64,000 nucleotides of DNA from Opitutus sp. GAS368 (GCA_945861645.1 CAMAVZ010000003.1:28629-92628), one strand, 5' to 3'. Positions 38,398 to 47,476 are shown, numbered from the stretch's first letter. A program made the numbers and translations. The notes: generated by a model not told the origin, from the letters alone.

Positions 38398-40224
38398 ATG
38401 AAATTAATTCATTCACTCGTATTTGGTGTTTTCAGCTGCGTTGCCACTCTGGCTTGGGCCCAGATGCAAACGGCAAAGTCAGTTAACCAACCAATCGCTA
38501 CGCTCGCCGCTGGCGCGGTCGCGCCAGATTTCGCGATGCATGACATTCACGACCAGGAGGTCCGCCTTTCGTCCTTCAAGGGCAAAGTCGTCATTCTCGA
38601 TTTCTGGGCGACGTGGTGCGGACCATGCATCGCCTCGATGCCGCACACCGATGAGATCGCCGCGAAATACAAGGATCAGGAGGTCGTCGTCGTGGCCTCC
38701 GGCACGAGCGACACCATCGCCATGTTCAAGCAATGGATTCCGGCGAACCAGTCGAAATTTCCAAACCTGCAATTCTTTTTTGACCTCAACGAGCGCGGCG
38801 CAGCCACCTTCGAGGAGCGGGCTTCGAGCAAGCTTTACGGGGTCGTTGGCATTCCCTCGCAGTTTGTCGTTGGTCGGGATGGTGTGATCACGGCGACGAT
38901 TGTCGGCAACGGCGGTAAAGAGGACGCCCGCACAGAGGCTGCGCTAGCGAGGGCGGGGGTGAAAGTGGATGCCGCGCGCGTTGCCGCGGGAGAGAGGCAG
39001 CTTAAGGCTGCTGCAGAGGATGCGGCCGACCGTCTGGCCGCGATCGAGGAGGAGAAAAAAAATCCCAAGCCAAAATTCCGTGAAGGCTTTGCTCAGCTGC
39101 AGCGAGGTTTGCCAGTGCCAGATTTTACCGCGCAGGCTGTTGATGGCTCTGCGGTCAAATTTTCTGAGCTCACTCAGGGCAAGACGGTGGTGTTGATGGT
39201 CTGCTCGGCGCGTGGCGCTCGGCCTGACGATATGGTGGCTTTTCAAGATGCTTGGGCCCGCCGCTATGCCGATCAGGGCGTCCTGTTTGTCGAGCTCGCC
39301 GCTTATGGCTCACGCGCTGACTTTGATAAGTATCATGCACCTGCGGCCGCCAAGCTGGCCTATCCGGTGCTGTTCGACCCGGCCGGGGCGGCGCCGAAGC
39401 CGGCCAAAGAGTCCATGGACGAAATGACAGCCGAGGATAAAAAAGCTTTCCGGGAGGCCAATCGCGCGCACTACAGCAAGGTCATCCCCATGGCGTTCTC
39501 TGGCGGCGCCATGGCGCCGGTCCCGAACAATATTGTCATCGACGCCCAAGGCAAATTCCTCGGTTTCTATGTGGGCAGTGGCCCGCAGAGCGCCGAATCA
39601 CTCGGCAATTTGCTCCTCCGCGCGGGGGTGAAGCTAAAGCCGGAAGATAGGCCAAAGAAGATCTTCTCCGCGGAGGAGACAAAGGAGAAGCCGCCGGAGG
39701 CCAAGGTGCCGATGCTGAAAATTGGTGACGCGGCCCCTGATTTTATCGCCACCGACGCCACCGGCAAAGCCGTGAAGATTTCTGATTATCGCGGCAAGGT
39801 CGTCATTCTTGATTTTTGGGCTACCTGGTGCGGACCCTGTATCGCTTCGATGCCGCATACTCAGGAAGTGGCGGCTCATTACAAAAATCAAGGAGTCGTG
39901 GTGCTGGCTTCGTGCACCTCCGATGATCGCAAGAAATTCGATACTTGGGTGAAGCGGAATCAGGAACAGTATCCCGATATTAATTTTTCGCATGATCCGC
40001 AGGAGCGCGGGCCTAATCGGGCCTCGCATAAACTCTACGGGGTCGGCGGCATCCCGCAGCAGTTCATCATCGATCGTGACGGCAAAGTCGCTGCGCTCGT
40101 CACCGGCTACCTCAAGGGCGAGTCCATTCTCGATGCCGCGCTGGCGAAGGCTGGAATCAAGGTTGATCCCGCTCTCATCGCCAAAGGCGCCGAGGATCTA
40201 AAAAAGCGCGAGTCCATGCGCTGA
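38398..40224 (+). CDS. Exported multi-domain TlpA/redoxin protein (3 thioredoxin-fold domains, 2 with WCGPC)
   Basis: Signal peptide; WATWCGPC at ~38605 and ~39817; middle domain has VCSARGARP. Confidence 0.88.
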   Translation: MKLIHSLVFGVFSCVATLAWAQMQTAKSVNQPIATLAAGAVAPDFAMHDIHDQEVRLSSFKGKVVILDFWATWCGPCIASMPHTDEIAAKYKDQEVVVVASGTSDTIAMFKQWIPANQSKFPNLQFFFDLNERGAATFEERASSKLYGVVGIPSQFVVGRDGVITATIVGNGGKEDARTEAALARAGVKVDAARVAAGERQLKAAAEDAADRLAAIEEEKKNPKPKFREGFAQLQRGLPVPDFTAQAVDGSAVKFSELTQGKTVVLMVCSARGARPDDMVAFQDAWARRYADQGVLFVELAAYGSRADFDKYHAPAAAKLAYPVLFDPAGAAPKPAKESMDEMTAEDKKAFREANRAHYSKVIPMAFSGGAMAPVPNNIVIDAQGKFLGFYVGSGPQSAESLGNLLLRAGVKLKPEDRPKKIFSAEETKEKPPEAKVPMLKIGDAAPDFIATDATGKAVKISDYRGKVVILDFWATWCGPCIASMPHTQEVAAHYKNQGVVVLASCTSDDRKKFDTWVKRNQEQYPDINFSHDPQERGPNRASHKLYGVGGIPQQFIIDRDGKVAALVTGYLKGESILDAALAKAGIKVDPALIAKGAEDLKKRESMR

Positions 40225-40483
40225 ATGGGCCGGTTAATTTTAAACGTTCCTCATCACCGATCAGCCGTGCCGACCACTGCTTGGACGCGGCTGAATTGCC
40301 TGGTTTCTCGGCCAGGCCGGGCCCACGGTGAAGCATCAGGTCAGCGCCGGTTGGCGAAAATTTGGGCTATCTTCTCGGATGCGGCTGATCGCGGCCTTGC
40401 GCGAGCCAGCGTAAGCTGGGTTTGCTGGTTGCATCTGTTTCCTGCCTCAATTTGCGTAACAATTCCTTTGGTTGATATATTCT

Positions 40484-43327
40484 ATGAAAATTAAATTATC
40501 GCTCCTCATTGCTTTTCAATTGGGGCTATCGGTGCTGGTCGCAGCCGCCTTGGCGCGACCTTTTGCGCAAGCGACGAGCGATCTGCCGGTTGATCCGGCG
40601 GCGCATTTTGGCACGCTCCCGAATGGGGTGCGGTACGTCATCTACCCCAACAAGGAACCGCGGGGCCGTGCCTCGCTGCGCTTACTCGTCGAGGCCGGCT
40701 CACTGATGGAGAACGAAGATCAACGCGGCGTCGCACATTTTCTCGAGCACATGGCCTTCAATGGTAGCAAGCACTATGCGCCGGGCACGCTCGTGGAGTT
40801 TTTCCAGCGCATGGGTATGAGCTTGGGGGGCGACACGAATGCGTCCACTGGGCTTGATCGCACGCAATATTTGCTGGAGCTGCCGCACACGGATGGCGCG
40901 ACCTTATCGGAGGGGTTGCGGGTGTTGACCGATTACGCGAGCGGCCTGTTGCTCCTCGATGCAGAAATTAATAAAGAGCGGGGCATTATCATGAGCGAGA
41001 AGCGCACCCGCGACAATGTGGGCTACCGCACCTTCATCGCGCAGTTCGAATTTATGCTGGGCGACACGCGCCTGCCCAAGCGGCTCCCCATCGGCCTGCC
41101 TGAGGTTATTGAACAGGCGCCGCGGGCGCGTTTCACCGAGTTTTGGGACACGTGGTATCGCCCAGAGAAAATCGGGATCGTGGCAGTTGGTGATTTTGAC
41201 CCAGTGGTCGTCGAGCAACTGATTATTGCCGCGTTCACGCCTCTTGTGGCTCGTGCCCCCGCGGCCCCTGCGCCGACACTGGGTGTAGTGCCGCAATTCG
41301 ACGGCGTTCGGGCCCATTTTCATGCGGAACCAGAAGCGTCCTCGACTGGAGTGAAGATGACCAACTTGACGCCATTTGTCGATGAACCCGACACCGCCGC
41401 GAATCGAGTTAAGGAACTCCCGCGTCAGATTGCGCTGGCGATCCTCAACCGCCGGTTCAGCGAACTCGTTAAGAAGGAGGGCGCTCCCTTCAGTGCGGCC
41501 CGGGCCAGCGTCTCTAAGGCGTATCGTTTCATACGCGAAGCGAGCATCGAACTCACCTGCAAACCCGAGCAGTGGCCTGCGGCCCTGGCCGTCGGCGAGC
41601 AAGAATTGCGCCGCGCGCTCGAGCACGGCTTCCAGCCCAGCGAGCTGAAGGAGATCGTCGCCACGTTTACCAACGGCCTTGATCAAGCCGTCAAGACCGC
41701 GGCCACGCGCCAATCTCATGCCCTGGCTGACGAAATTCTCGGCGGCCTCTTCGATCAGGAAGTCTTTACCCATCCCGTCGCTGAGCGCGCCCTTTATCAG
41801 CCGGCCCTCGACCAAGTCTCCTTGGCCGATTGCCAAGCCGCGCTCCGTCGCGCTTTCGCGGCGCCCGGTCTCTTCGTGATGGTGACGGGCAATGTCCTCA
41901 TTCCCGGTGAGGCCAATGCGACGATTGCCGTGGCCTTTGAAAAATCCCGCGCTACCCCCGTTGCGGCACCGACCGCGCAGGCCGAGTCCGTTTGGGCTTA
42001 CGCCCAGTGGGGCGCTCCGGGAAAAGTGGTGCAGCGCACGCGGGTCGCTGATCTCGACGTGGAGCTGGTGAGTTTTGCCAACGGCGTAAAATTAAACCTC
42101 AAGAAAACTGACTTCGAGGCCGGCCGCATCCGCACGGGGGTGCGCGTGGGCAGCGGCACCATCACTGAACCGGCCGGTCAGCGCGGTCTAGCGGCGCTCG
42201 CCGGCGGCACGTTTGGCGCGGGCGGTCTGAGCCAGCATAGCGCGGATGAACTGCGCCGGCTGTTCGCCGGTAAAAATGTCAGTGTGCAGTTCCAGCCGGG
42301 CAGCGATGCCTTTAACTTCACCGGCGGCACCACCTCTGGCGACCTTAGCTTGCAGCTGCAGCTCCTGGCCGCCCTGCTCACGGACGCCGGCTGGCGCCCG
42401 GAAGCGCTGCGGCAGGCGCAGAAAAGCATGGAGCAAATGTATCTCGGATTTGAGCACACGGCCAATGGCCCGATGGCCACCGAGGTGGCCAATTTGCTCG
42501 CCAATGGCGACCCGCGCTTCGGCCTGCCGGCCCAGGAAGTGATGATGTCCCGCAATCTCGTCGAGGCCAAGGCCTGGCTCGCGTCGCAGCTGGCGCATGG
42601 TGCACTCGAGGTCTCGCTCGTGGGCGACCTTGAGATCGAGGCCGCCATTGCCGCCGTGGCGCAAACGCTCGGCGCGCTCCCACCCCGCGAGCCCAAGCCC
42701 GCGCTCGACGCGTTGAAAAAAATCTCCTTCCCCGCGACGCCCTTCACTAAGAGCTACACCATCGCGTCCGAAATCCCCAAGGGTAATGTGGCCATCTATT
42801 GGCCGACGACCGATGGCTTCGACGTCAAGCGCGCCCGCCGGCTTAATCTGCTGGCTAGCGTGCTCAACGACCGCTTGCGCGTGAAAGTGCGCGAGGAAAT
42901 CGGCGGCACCTACACCCCGAATGCCGGCAGCAACGCCAGCGACACCTTCCCGAGCTACGGTTACATCCAGGCCGGCTGCGTGGTAGATCCGGCATTGGCG
43001 GATAAAATTACGGCAGTGATTATTGCTCTCGGGGATGATCTTGCGCAGCGCGGGGTGACACCTGAAGAGCTCAATCGGGCGCGTCAGCCCGCGCTCACAG
43101 CGGCTAAAGAGTCATCGCGGACCAATAGTTATTGGGGCGGCACGGTGTTGGCTCGCGCGCAAGAAAAGCCTGAGGCCTTGGATTGGGCCCGCACGCGTTT
43201 GCCCGATCTAGAAGCCATTACGCCGGCAGAATTAAGCATTCTCGCCAAAACTTATCTTAGCGCTGACCGTGCCTCGCGGGTAAAAATATTACCAGCTGTT
43301 GGGGTAAAAACTCCCGCCCGTCCGTAA
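40484..43327 (+). CDS. Exported M16 (insulinase/pitrilysin; PqqL/FusC-like) zinc protease
   Basis: GTLPNGVRY, AHFLEHMAFNG (HxxEH), NAST, ERGII.SE, WYRP, second-half FANG..L and VREE.G.TY; signal peptide. Confidence 0.93.
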   Translation: MKIKLSLLIAFQLGLSVLVAAALARPFAQATSDLPVDPAAHFGTLPNGVRYVIYPNKEPRGRASLRLLVEAGSLMENEDQRGVAHFLEHMAFNGSKHYAPGTLVEFFQRMGMSLGGDTNASTGLDRTQYLLELPHTDGATLSEGLRVLTDYASGLLLLDAEINKERGIIMSEKRTRDNVGYRTFIAQFEFMLGDTRLPKRLPIGLPEVIEQAPRARFTEFWDTWYRPEKIGIVAVGDFDPVVVEQLIIAAFTPLVARAPAAPAPTLGVVPQFDGVRAHFHAEPEASSTGVKMTNLTPFVDEPDTAANRVKELPRQIALAILNRRFSELVKKEGAPFSAARASVSKAYRFIREASIELTCKPEQWPAALAVGEQELRRALEHGFQPSELKEIVATFTNGLDQAVKTAATRQSHALADEILGGLFDQEVFTHPVAERALYQPALDQVSLADCQAALRRAFAAPGLFVMVTGNVLIPGEANATIAVAFEKSRATPVAAPTAQAESVWAYAQWGAPGKVVQRTRVADLDVELVSFANGVKLNLKKTDFEAGRIRTGVRVGSGTITEPAGQRGLAALAGGTFGAGGLSQHSADELRRLFAGKNVSVQFQPGSDAFNFTGGTTSGDLSLQLQLLAALLTDAGWRPEALRQAQKSMEQMYLGFEHTANGPMATEVANLLANGDPRFGLPAQEVMMSRNLVEAKAWLASQLAHGALEVSLVGDLEIEAAIAAVAQTLGALPPREPKPALDALKKISFPATPFTKSYTIASEIPKGNVAIYWPTTDGFDVKRARRLNLLASVLNDRLRVKVREEIGGTYTPNAGSNASDTFPSYGYIQAGCVVDPALADKITAVIIALGDDLAQRGVTPEELNRARQPALTAAKESSRTNSYWGGTVLARAQEKPEALDWARTRLPDLEAITPAELSILAKTYLSADRASRVKILPAVGVKTPARP

Positions 43328-43499
43328 ATTTAGGCTCCGGTGCTCCTGCTGGTGCTCACCCCTAAACCCAGTTGGGTGGTGGGGTCGGTTTGGCTCGCGC
43401 TCGAGCCAAGTGGAGTGGTTGGTCCAAGAAAGTAGCCTAGCCGTTAGGGCCCTCTGTAATTCTAGTTGTGCGTAGAGGAGCGAAGCTTTTGCTCATCCT

Positions 43500-44159
43500 A
43501 TGGTGGTTGATTTTTCTAAATGGGAAGAGCGCTGTATCACGGCCCTCGCGGCGCAAGGTGGTGATGTCGCGCACGATCTGGCGCACGTTCGCCGGGTGGT
43601 GGCCAACGCCCAAATGTTGGCTGCGGGTGAGTCGGCGCGCGTTGAGGTGATCTTGCCGGCCGCCTGGCTGCATGATTGCGTGACGGTGCCAAAAGATTCC
43701 CCCCAGCGCCCCATCGCGTCGCGACTCGCCGCGCAGCAAGCCGTGACTTGGTTGCGCGAGTGGCATTATCCCGCAGTTTTTCTGGCGGACATCGCGCACG
43801 CCATCGAGGCCCACAGTTTTAGTGCGGGAATCACGCCCCGAACGCTTGAGGCAAAAATTATCCAAGATGCTGATCGCCTCGAGGCGCTTGGCGCCATCGG
43901 GTTGGCGCGCTGCTTGATGCTGGGTGGGGCGATGGGCCGGCCACTCTACGCGGCGGCGGATCCTTTTTGTGCGAACCGCGAGCCGGACGACCGCGCCGCC
44001 ACGGTTGATCATTTTTATGCGAAGTTGCTCCAACTAGAGCACACGATGCAAACCGCGAGTGGTCGGCGCGCGGCGCAAACCCGCACGGTCTACCTGCGGG
44101 ATTTTCTCGCGCAATTACAACGCGAGCTCCCCGCCGCTCCCCCCTCCGTTCGTTGGTAA
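43500..44159 (+). CDS. HD-domain phosphohydrolase (YedJ-like)
   Basis: AHDLAHVRRV, AAWLHDCV, AHSFS, QDADRLEALGAIG, DHFY.KL. Confidence 0.9.
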   Translation: MVVDFSKWEERCITALAAQGGDVAHDLAHVRRVVANAQMLAAGESARVEVILPAAWLHDCVTVPKDSPQRPIASRLAAQQAVTWLREWHYPAVFLADIAHAIEAHSFSAGITPRTLEAKIIQDADRLEALGAIGLARCLMLGGAMGRPLYAAADPFCANREPDDRAATVDHFYAKLLQLEHTMQTASGRRAAQTRTVYLRDFLAQLQRELPAAPPSVRW

Positions 44160-44172
44160 TATATTATATTAC
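44156..44172. repeat. AT-rich palindrome GTAATAT-ATT-ATATTAC overlapping the HD gene stop codon
   Basis: Perfect 7-bp inverted arms in GC-rich context. Confidence 0.6.
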
Positions 44173-44525
44173 AAACCGAGCGAGCGACTGGAGTGGTTTA
44201 GTCGGTGGGTCCGGCCCGCGCCATCATTCCCTCGACTAAAGTAAAGGCCGCGGTGCGGCGGGGGAAGGAGTGGCTGGTGGTAAACACGGGAGGGCAGGCC
44301 GGGCCTCGAGCGGAAAGTAGGGTGGGTCCGGGCACGGACAAGATTTAAGCAATCGGCTCGATGCGCTAGGCAGTTAACGCCATAAGCGTTGAGCGGCGGT
44401 AAAAAAACTCGCCGCTGAAGCTCCGGCCGGCCCCTAAAGCGCTAGCTCGCTTCCCTCATCGCTCGATTAAATATTGCGTTCGGTCCGCGGCCGAGCTGAT
44501 TTAAAAAATCCGCAATTTTTTTAAT

Positions 44526-45608
44526 ATGGCCAACCCCCTTGCTATTCGTCCCACCGGTGCGCTCGATTTTCTGTCCCTGGGCGCCCTCGTGCACCGCCTA
44601 GATCCGGGCATCATGCCCTTTCGCAAGGCGCAGCACTGCGATATTCATGTCAGCGGGGGGGAATTTAATGTAGCCGCCAATCTCTCCGATTGTTTTCGCC
44701 TCAAGACGGGCGTCGCCTCGGCCATGGTTGATTATCCGGTGGGTGATTTGATTGCGGAGCGTGTGCGCGCGATGGGGGTAACCCCTTTTTATAAAAAATT
44801 TAAACACGACGGCGTCCGCGGACCCAACATGGCCACCGTGTATTCTGATCGTGGGCAAGGCGTGCGCGGCCCAGTGGTTTTTTATAATCGCAGCAACGAA
44901 GCTGCCGCCCAGCTCAAGGCGGGTGATTTCAATTGGGCAGAAATCTTTGGGGGTGGGGTGCGCTGGTTTCACAGCGGGGGCATTTTTGCGGCGCTCTCGG
45001 ACACCACGGGCGAGTTGATCGTCGAGGCGATGCAAGCCGCCAAGGCCGCGGGCGCGGTGACCTCCTTTGATTTAAATTACCGCCAGAAATTGTGGGATAT
45101 CTGGGGTGGCCAGACCAAGGCGCTCAATGTGCTGGGCCGGATCGTCGAACACGTCGATGTCCTCGTGGGCAATGAAGAAGATCTACAGAAGGGCCTCGGC
45201 ATCGAGGGCCAAGATGTGGAGAGCAAGGGGAAGCTCGACCCTTCCGCTTTTTATGCGGTCATCGATAAAGCCGTGAAGAAGTTTCCGAAGGTTAAAGCCG
45301 TCGCTACCACATTGCGCGAAGTGCATTCTACGAATCGCCATACGTGGGGCGCGGTCGCTTGGATCAAGGGTCAAACCTATCAATCCCCGATGTGCGAGCT
45401 TGATGTCGTTGACCGAGTTGGCGGGGGCGACGGTTATGCGGCCGGCTTTATTTATGGATTATTGACCGGCGCCTCCGAACAAGAGTCCGTTAATCTTGGC
45501 TGGGCACATGGAGCGCTGCTCACTACGTTCCCCGGGGATACCAGCATGGCGACCGTGGAGCAGGTGCGCGCTTTTGCCCAAGGTGGCTCCGCTCGCATTC
45601 AGCGCTAA
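44526..45608 (+). CDS. kdgK: PfkB-family sugar kinase, 2-keto-3-deoxygluconate kinase-like (paralogue A)
   Basis: GGEFNVA, WFHSGGI, SFDLNYR, GNEED, DRVGGGD, PGDTS; hexuronate context. Confidence 0.8.
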   Translation: MANPLAIRPTGALDFLSLGALVHRLDPGIMPFRKAQHCDIHVSGGEFNVAANLSDCFRLKTGVASAMVDYPVGDLIAERVRAMGVTPFYKKFKHDGVRGPNMATVYSDRGQGVRGPVVFYNRSNEAAAQLKAGDFNWAEIFGGGVRWFHSGGIFAALSDTTGELIVEAMQAAKAAGAVTSFDLNYRQKLWDIWGGQTKALNVLGRIVEHVDVLVGNEEDLQKGLGIEGQDVESKGKLDPSAFYAVIDKAVKKFPKVKAVATTLREVHSTNRHTWGAVAWIKGQTYQSPMCELDVVDRVGGGDGYAAGFIYGLLTGASEQESVNLGWAHGALLTTFPGDTSMATVEQVRAFAQGGSARIQR

Positions 45609-45717
45609 ATGGTGGGGTCGGGGAGCGGACGGGGGTTCGCCCTGGCGCTGGGCTCGCCTGGGTTAAGCGAGAATTTCGGCTTCCGCTGTTGCGGGTAGCG
45701 CCTTAGTGTGGACGACT

Positions 45718-46260
45718 ATGAGTAACACGGTTCGACCAGCTTTTATTTTATCCCGCGCCGGGTGGCGTGAGACCACCATCTTGTTGGCCGTTGCGGGGCT
45801 CATCCCGTTTTTGGTTCACCTGCTCCCGTGGTCAGGGCATCGACCACTCGGGGTTTATCTGCTGCCGGTATTTTGGACAACTTTTGTGGCCGTATATTTT
45901 CGGGGCCCGTTCATCGGCTTGCTCGTCGGGTTAGTTACTCCCGTGATTAACCTGCTGGTGACCGGTTTGCCGGTCTCGACGAGTCTCATGGCCCTGAGTC
46001 TAGAAATCGCCTTTTTTGTCGTGGTGGCGGCGCAGTGGCCGCGATTCCGCTGGGCCGCGCCGCTCGCGTGGGTAGCCGCGAAAGGCCTGGCGGTTAGCGT
46101 GCAATATTTCATCCCGGCTTTTATGGAGACGGAATATCCTTGGCAGCATCTCGCTCGTTCGACGCAGAATGCCGGCGCGGGTCTAGCGGTGCTCGCCGCG
46201 ATTAATATCCTGCTCGTTATTTTTTATCCGCCGGCGGATGGCTGGGAAAAAGAAGTCTGA
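45718..46260 (+). CDS. Hydrophobic membrane protein, ECF S-component-like
   Basis: PFLVHL, G..LLP, GLL.GL.TP.IN.LVTG.P pattern; ~5-6 TM. Confidence 0.55.
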   Translation: MSNTVRPAFILSRAGWRETTILLAVAGLIPFLVHLLPWSGHRPLGVYLLPVFWTTFVAVYFRGPFIGLLVGLVTPVINLLVTGLPVSTSLMALSLEIAFFVVVAAQWPRFRWAAPLAWVAAKGLAVSVQYFIPAFMETEYPWQHLARSTQNAGAGLAVLAAINILLVIFYPPADGWEKEV

Positions 46261-46294
46261 GCCCGCGCGGGCTCAGGCTGTCAGCAGGTTAATT

Positions 46295-47389
46295 TTACCG
46301 CACTACGCGGGCGTCGCCGCCCTGCATGAGTTTCTCCACTTCCTTCTGGGTCACCATCGAAGTGTCCCCCGGCGTCGTCGAGGCCAAAGCGCCATGCGCT
46401 GCGCCATAATCAACGGCTAGTTGAGGATCATTCTTAGCGAGAAAACCAAACTGCAGTCCGGAGGCAAAGGAGTCGCCCCCGCCGACGCGGTCCAGAATTT
46501 CGAGTCCAGGATAAGCGCGGCTGTCATAGAATTTGCCGTCGTGATAAAGGATCGCGCCCCAATCATTTTTGGTCGCAGTGATCACGTGGCGTAAGGTGGT
46601 GGCCGCCACTTTGAAATTAGGAAATTCTGCCACGGCGGTTTTAATCATCGTCTTGAAGGCATCCGTCTCGAGGTGCGCCAGCGTGTCGGCTCCTTTTACC
46701 GCGAAGCCAAGTGAGGCGGTAAAATCTTCTTCGTTGCCGATCATGACATCAACAGAGCGAGCGATCTCGCGATTGACCTCCTGCGCTTTCTTGAGGCCGC
46801 CAATCGATTTCCAGAGGGAAGGGCGGTAATTCAGATCATAGCTGACGATCGTGCCGTATTTATTCGCGGCCTTAACCGCCTCGACCGTGAGGGCGGCGGT
46901 TGACGGAGAGAGGGCCGCAAAAATCCCCCCCGTATGAAACCAACGCACGCCTTGTTGGCCAAAAATGTCATCCCAGTCGAAGTCGCCCGGTTTAAGTTGT
47001 GAGGCGGCGGTGTTGCCGCGATCGGGTACGCCAACCGCACCGCGCACGCCGAAGCCCCGCTCGGTAAAATTAAGGCCGTTGCGCACGATGCGGCCGATGC
47101 CGTCATCCTCGCGCCACTGGATAAAATCGGTGGCCACACCTCCTTGCATAATAAAATCTTCGACGAGATGGCCGACTTCATTGTCGACGAAGGCAGTGCA
47201 GACCGCGGTTTTTAGATTAAAGCATTTCCGGAGGCCGCGGGAGGTATTGTATTCGCCGCCACCCTCCCAGGCGGTGAAAGCGCGGGCGGTACGGACGCGG
47301 CCCTCGCCAGGATCGAGGCGTAGCATGACTTCACCGAGTGAAAGCTGATCCCAGCGGCAAGAACTAGCGGGGCGAATTTTTAGTGACAT
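46295..47389 (-). CDS. kdgK: PfkB-family sugar kinase, 2-keto-3-deoxygluconate kinase-like (paralogue B)
   Basis: LGEVMLRLDP, GGGEYN, WFHTGGI, SYDLNYR, GNEED, DRVGGGDSF, TPGDTS; same strand and downstream of uxuA and eda. Confidence 0.85.
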   Translation of the reverse strand: MSLKIRPASSCRWDQLSLGEVMLRLDPGEGRVRTARAFTAWEGGGEYNTSRGLRKCFNLKTAVCTAFVDNEVGHLVEDFIMQGGVATDFIQWREDDGIGRIVRNGLNFTERGFGVRGAVGVPDRGNTAASQLKPGDFDWDDIFGQQGVRWFHTGGIFAALSPSTAALTVEAVKAANKYGTIVSYDLNYRPSLWKSIGGLKKAQEVNREIARSVDVMIGNEEDFTASLGFAVKGADTLAHLETDAFKTMIKTAVAEFPNFKVAATTLRHVITATKNDWGAILYHDGKFYDSRAYPGLEILDRVGGGDSFASGLQFGFLAKNDPQLAVDYGAAHGALASTTPGDTSMVTQKEVEKLMQGGDARVVR

Positions 47390-47476
47390 GGTAGACGGGA
47401 GTAAAAGTCGGTGAGGCGAGGACGATTGGTAAGGGAGTCATGGCCAAAGCCAAGTTTGGAACGAGGCGGGCGGCGC

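Noticed and set aside
40225-40494. 89-aa ORF between the second TlpA gene and the M16 gene
   Set aside because: No motif, and it overlaps the protease start out of frame; more likely an intergenic/promoter region, which also weakens the case for co-transcription of the protease.
40904-41836. 310-aa antisense ORF (similarly 18199-18774, 18650-19267, 37345-37959, 43437-44033, 53928-54668, 55151-55843)
   Set aside because: Shadow ORFs opposite well-supported genes in GC-rich DNA, with no recognisable motifs.
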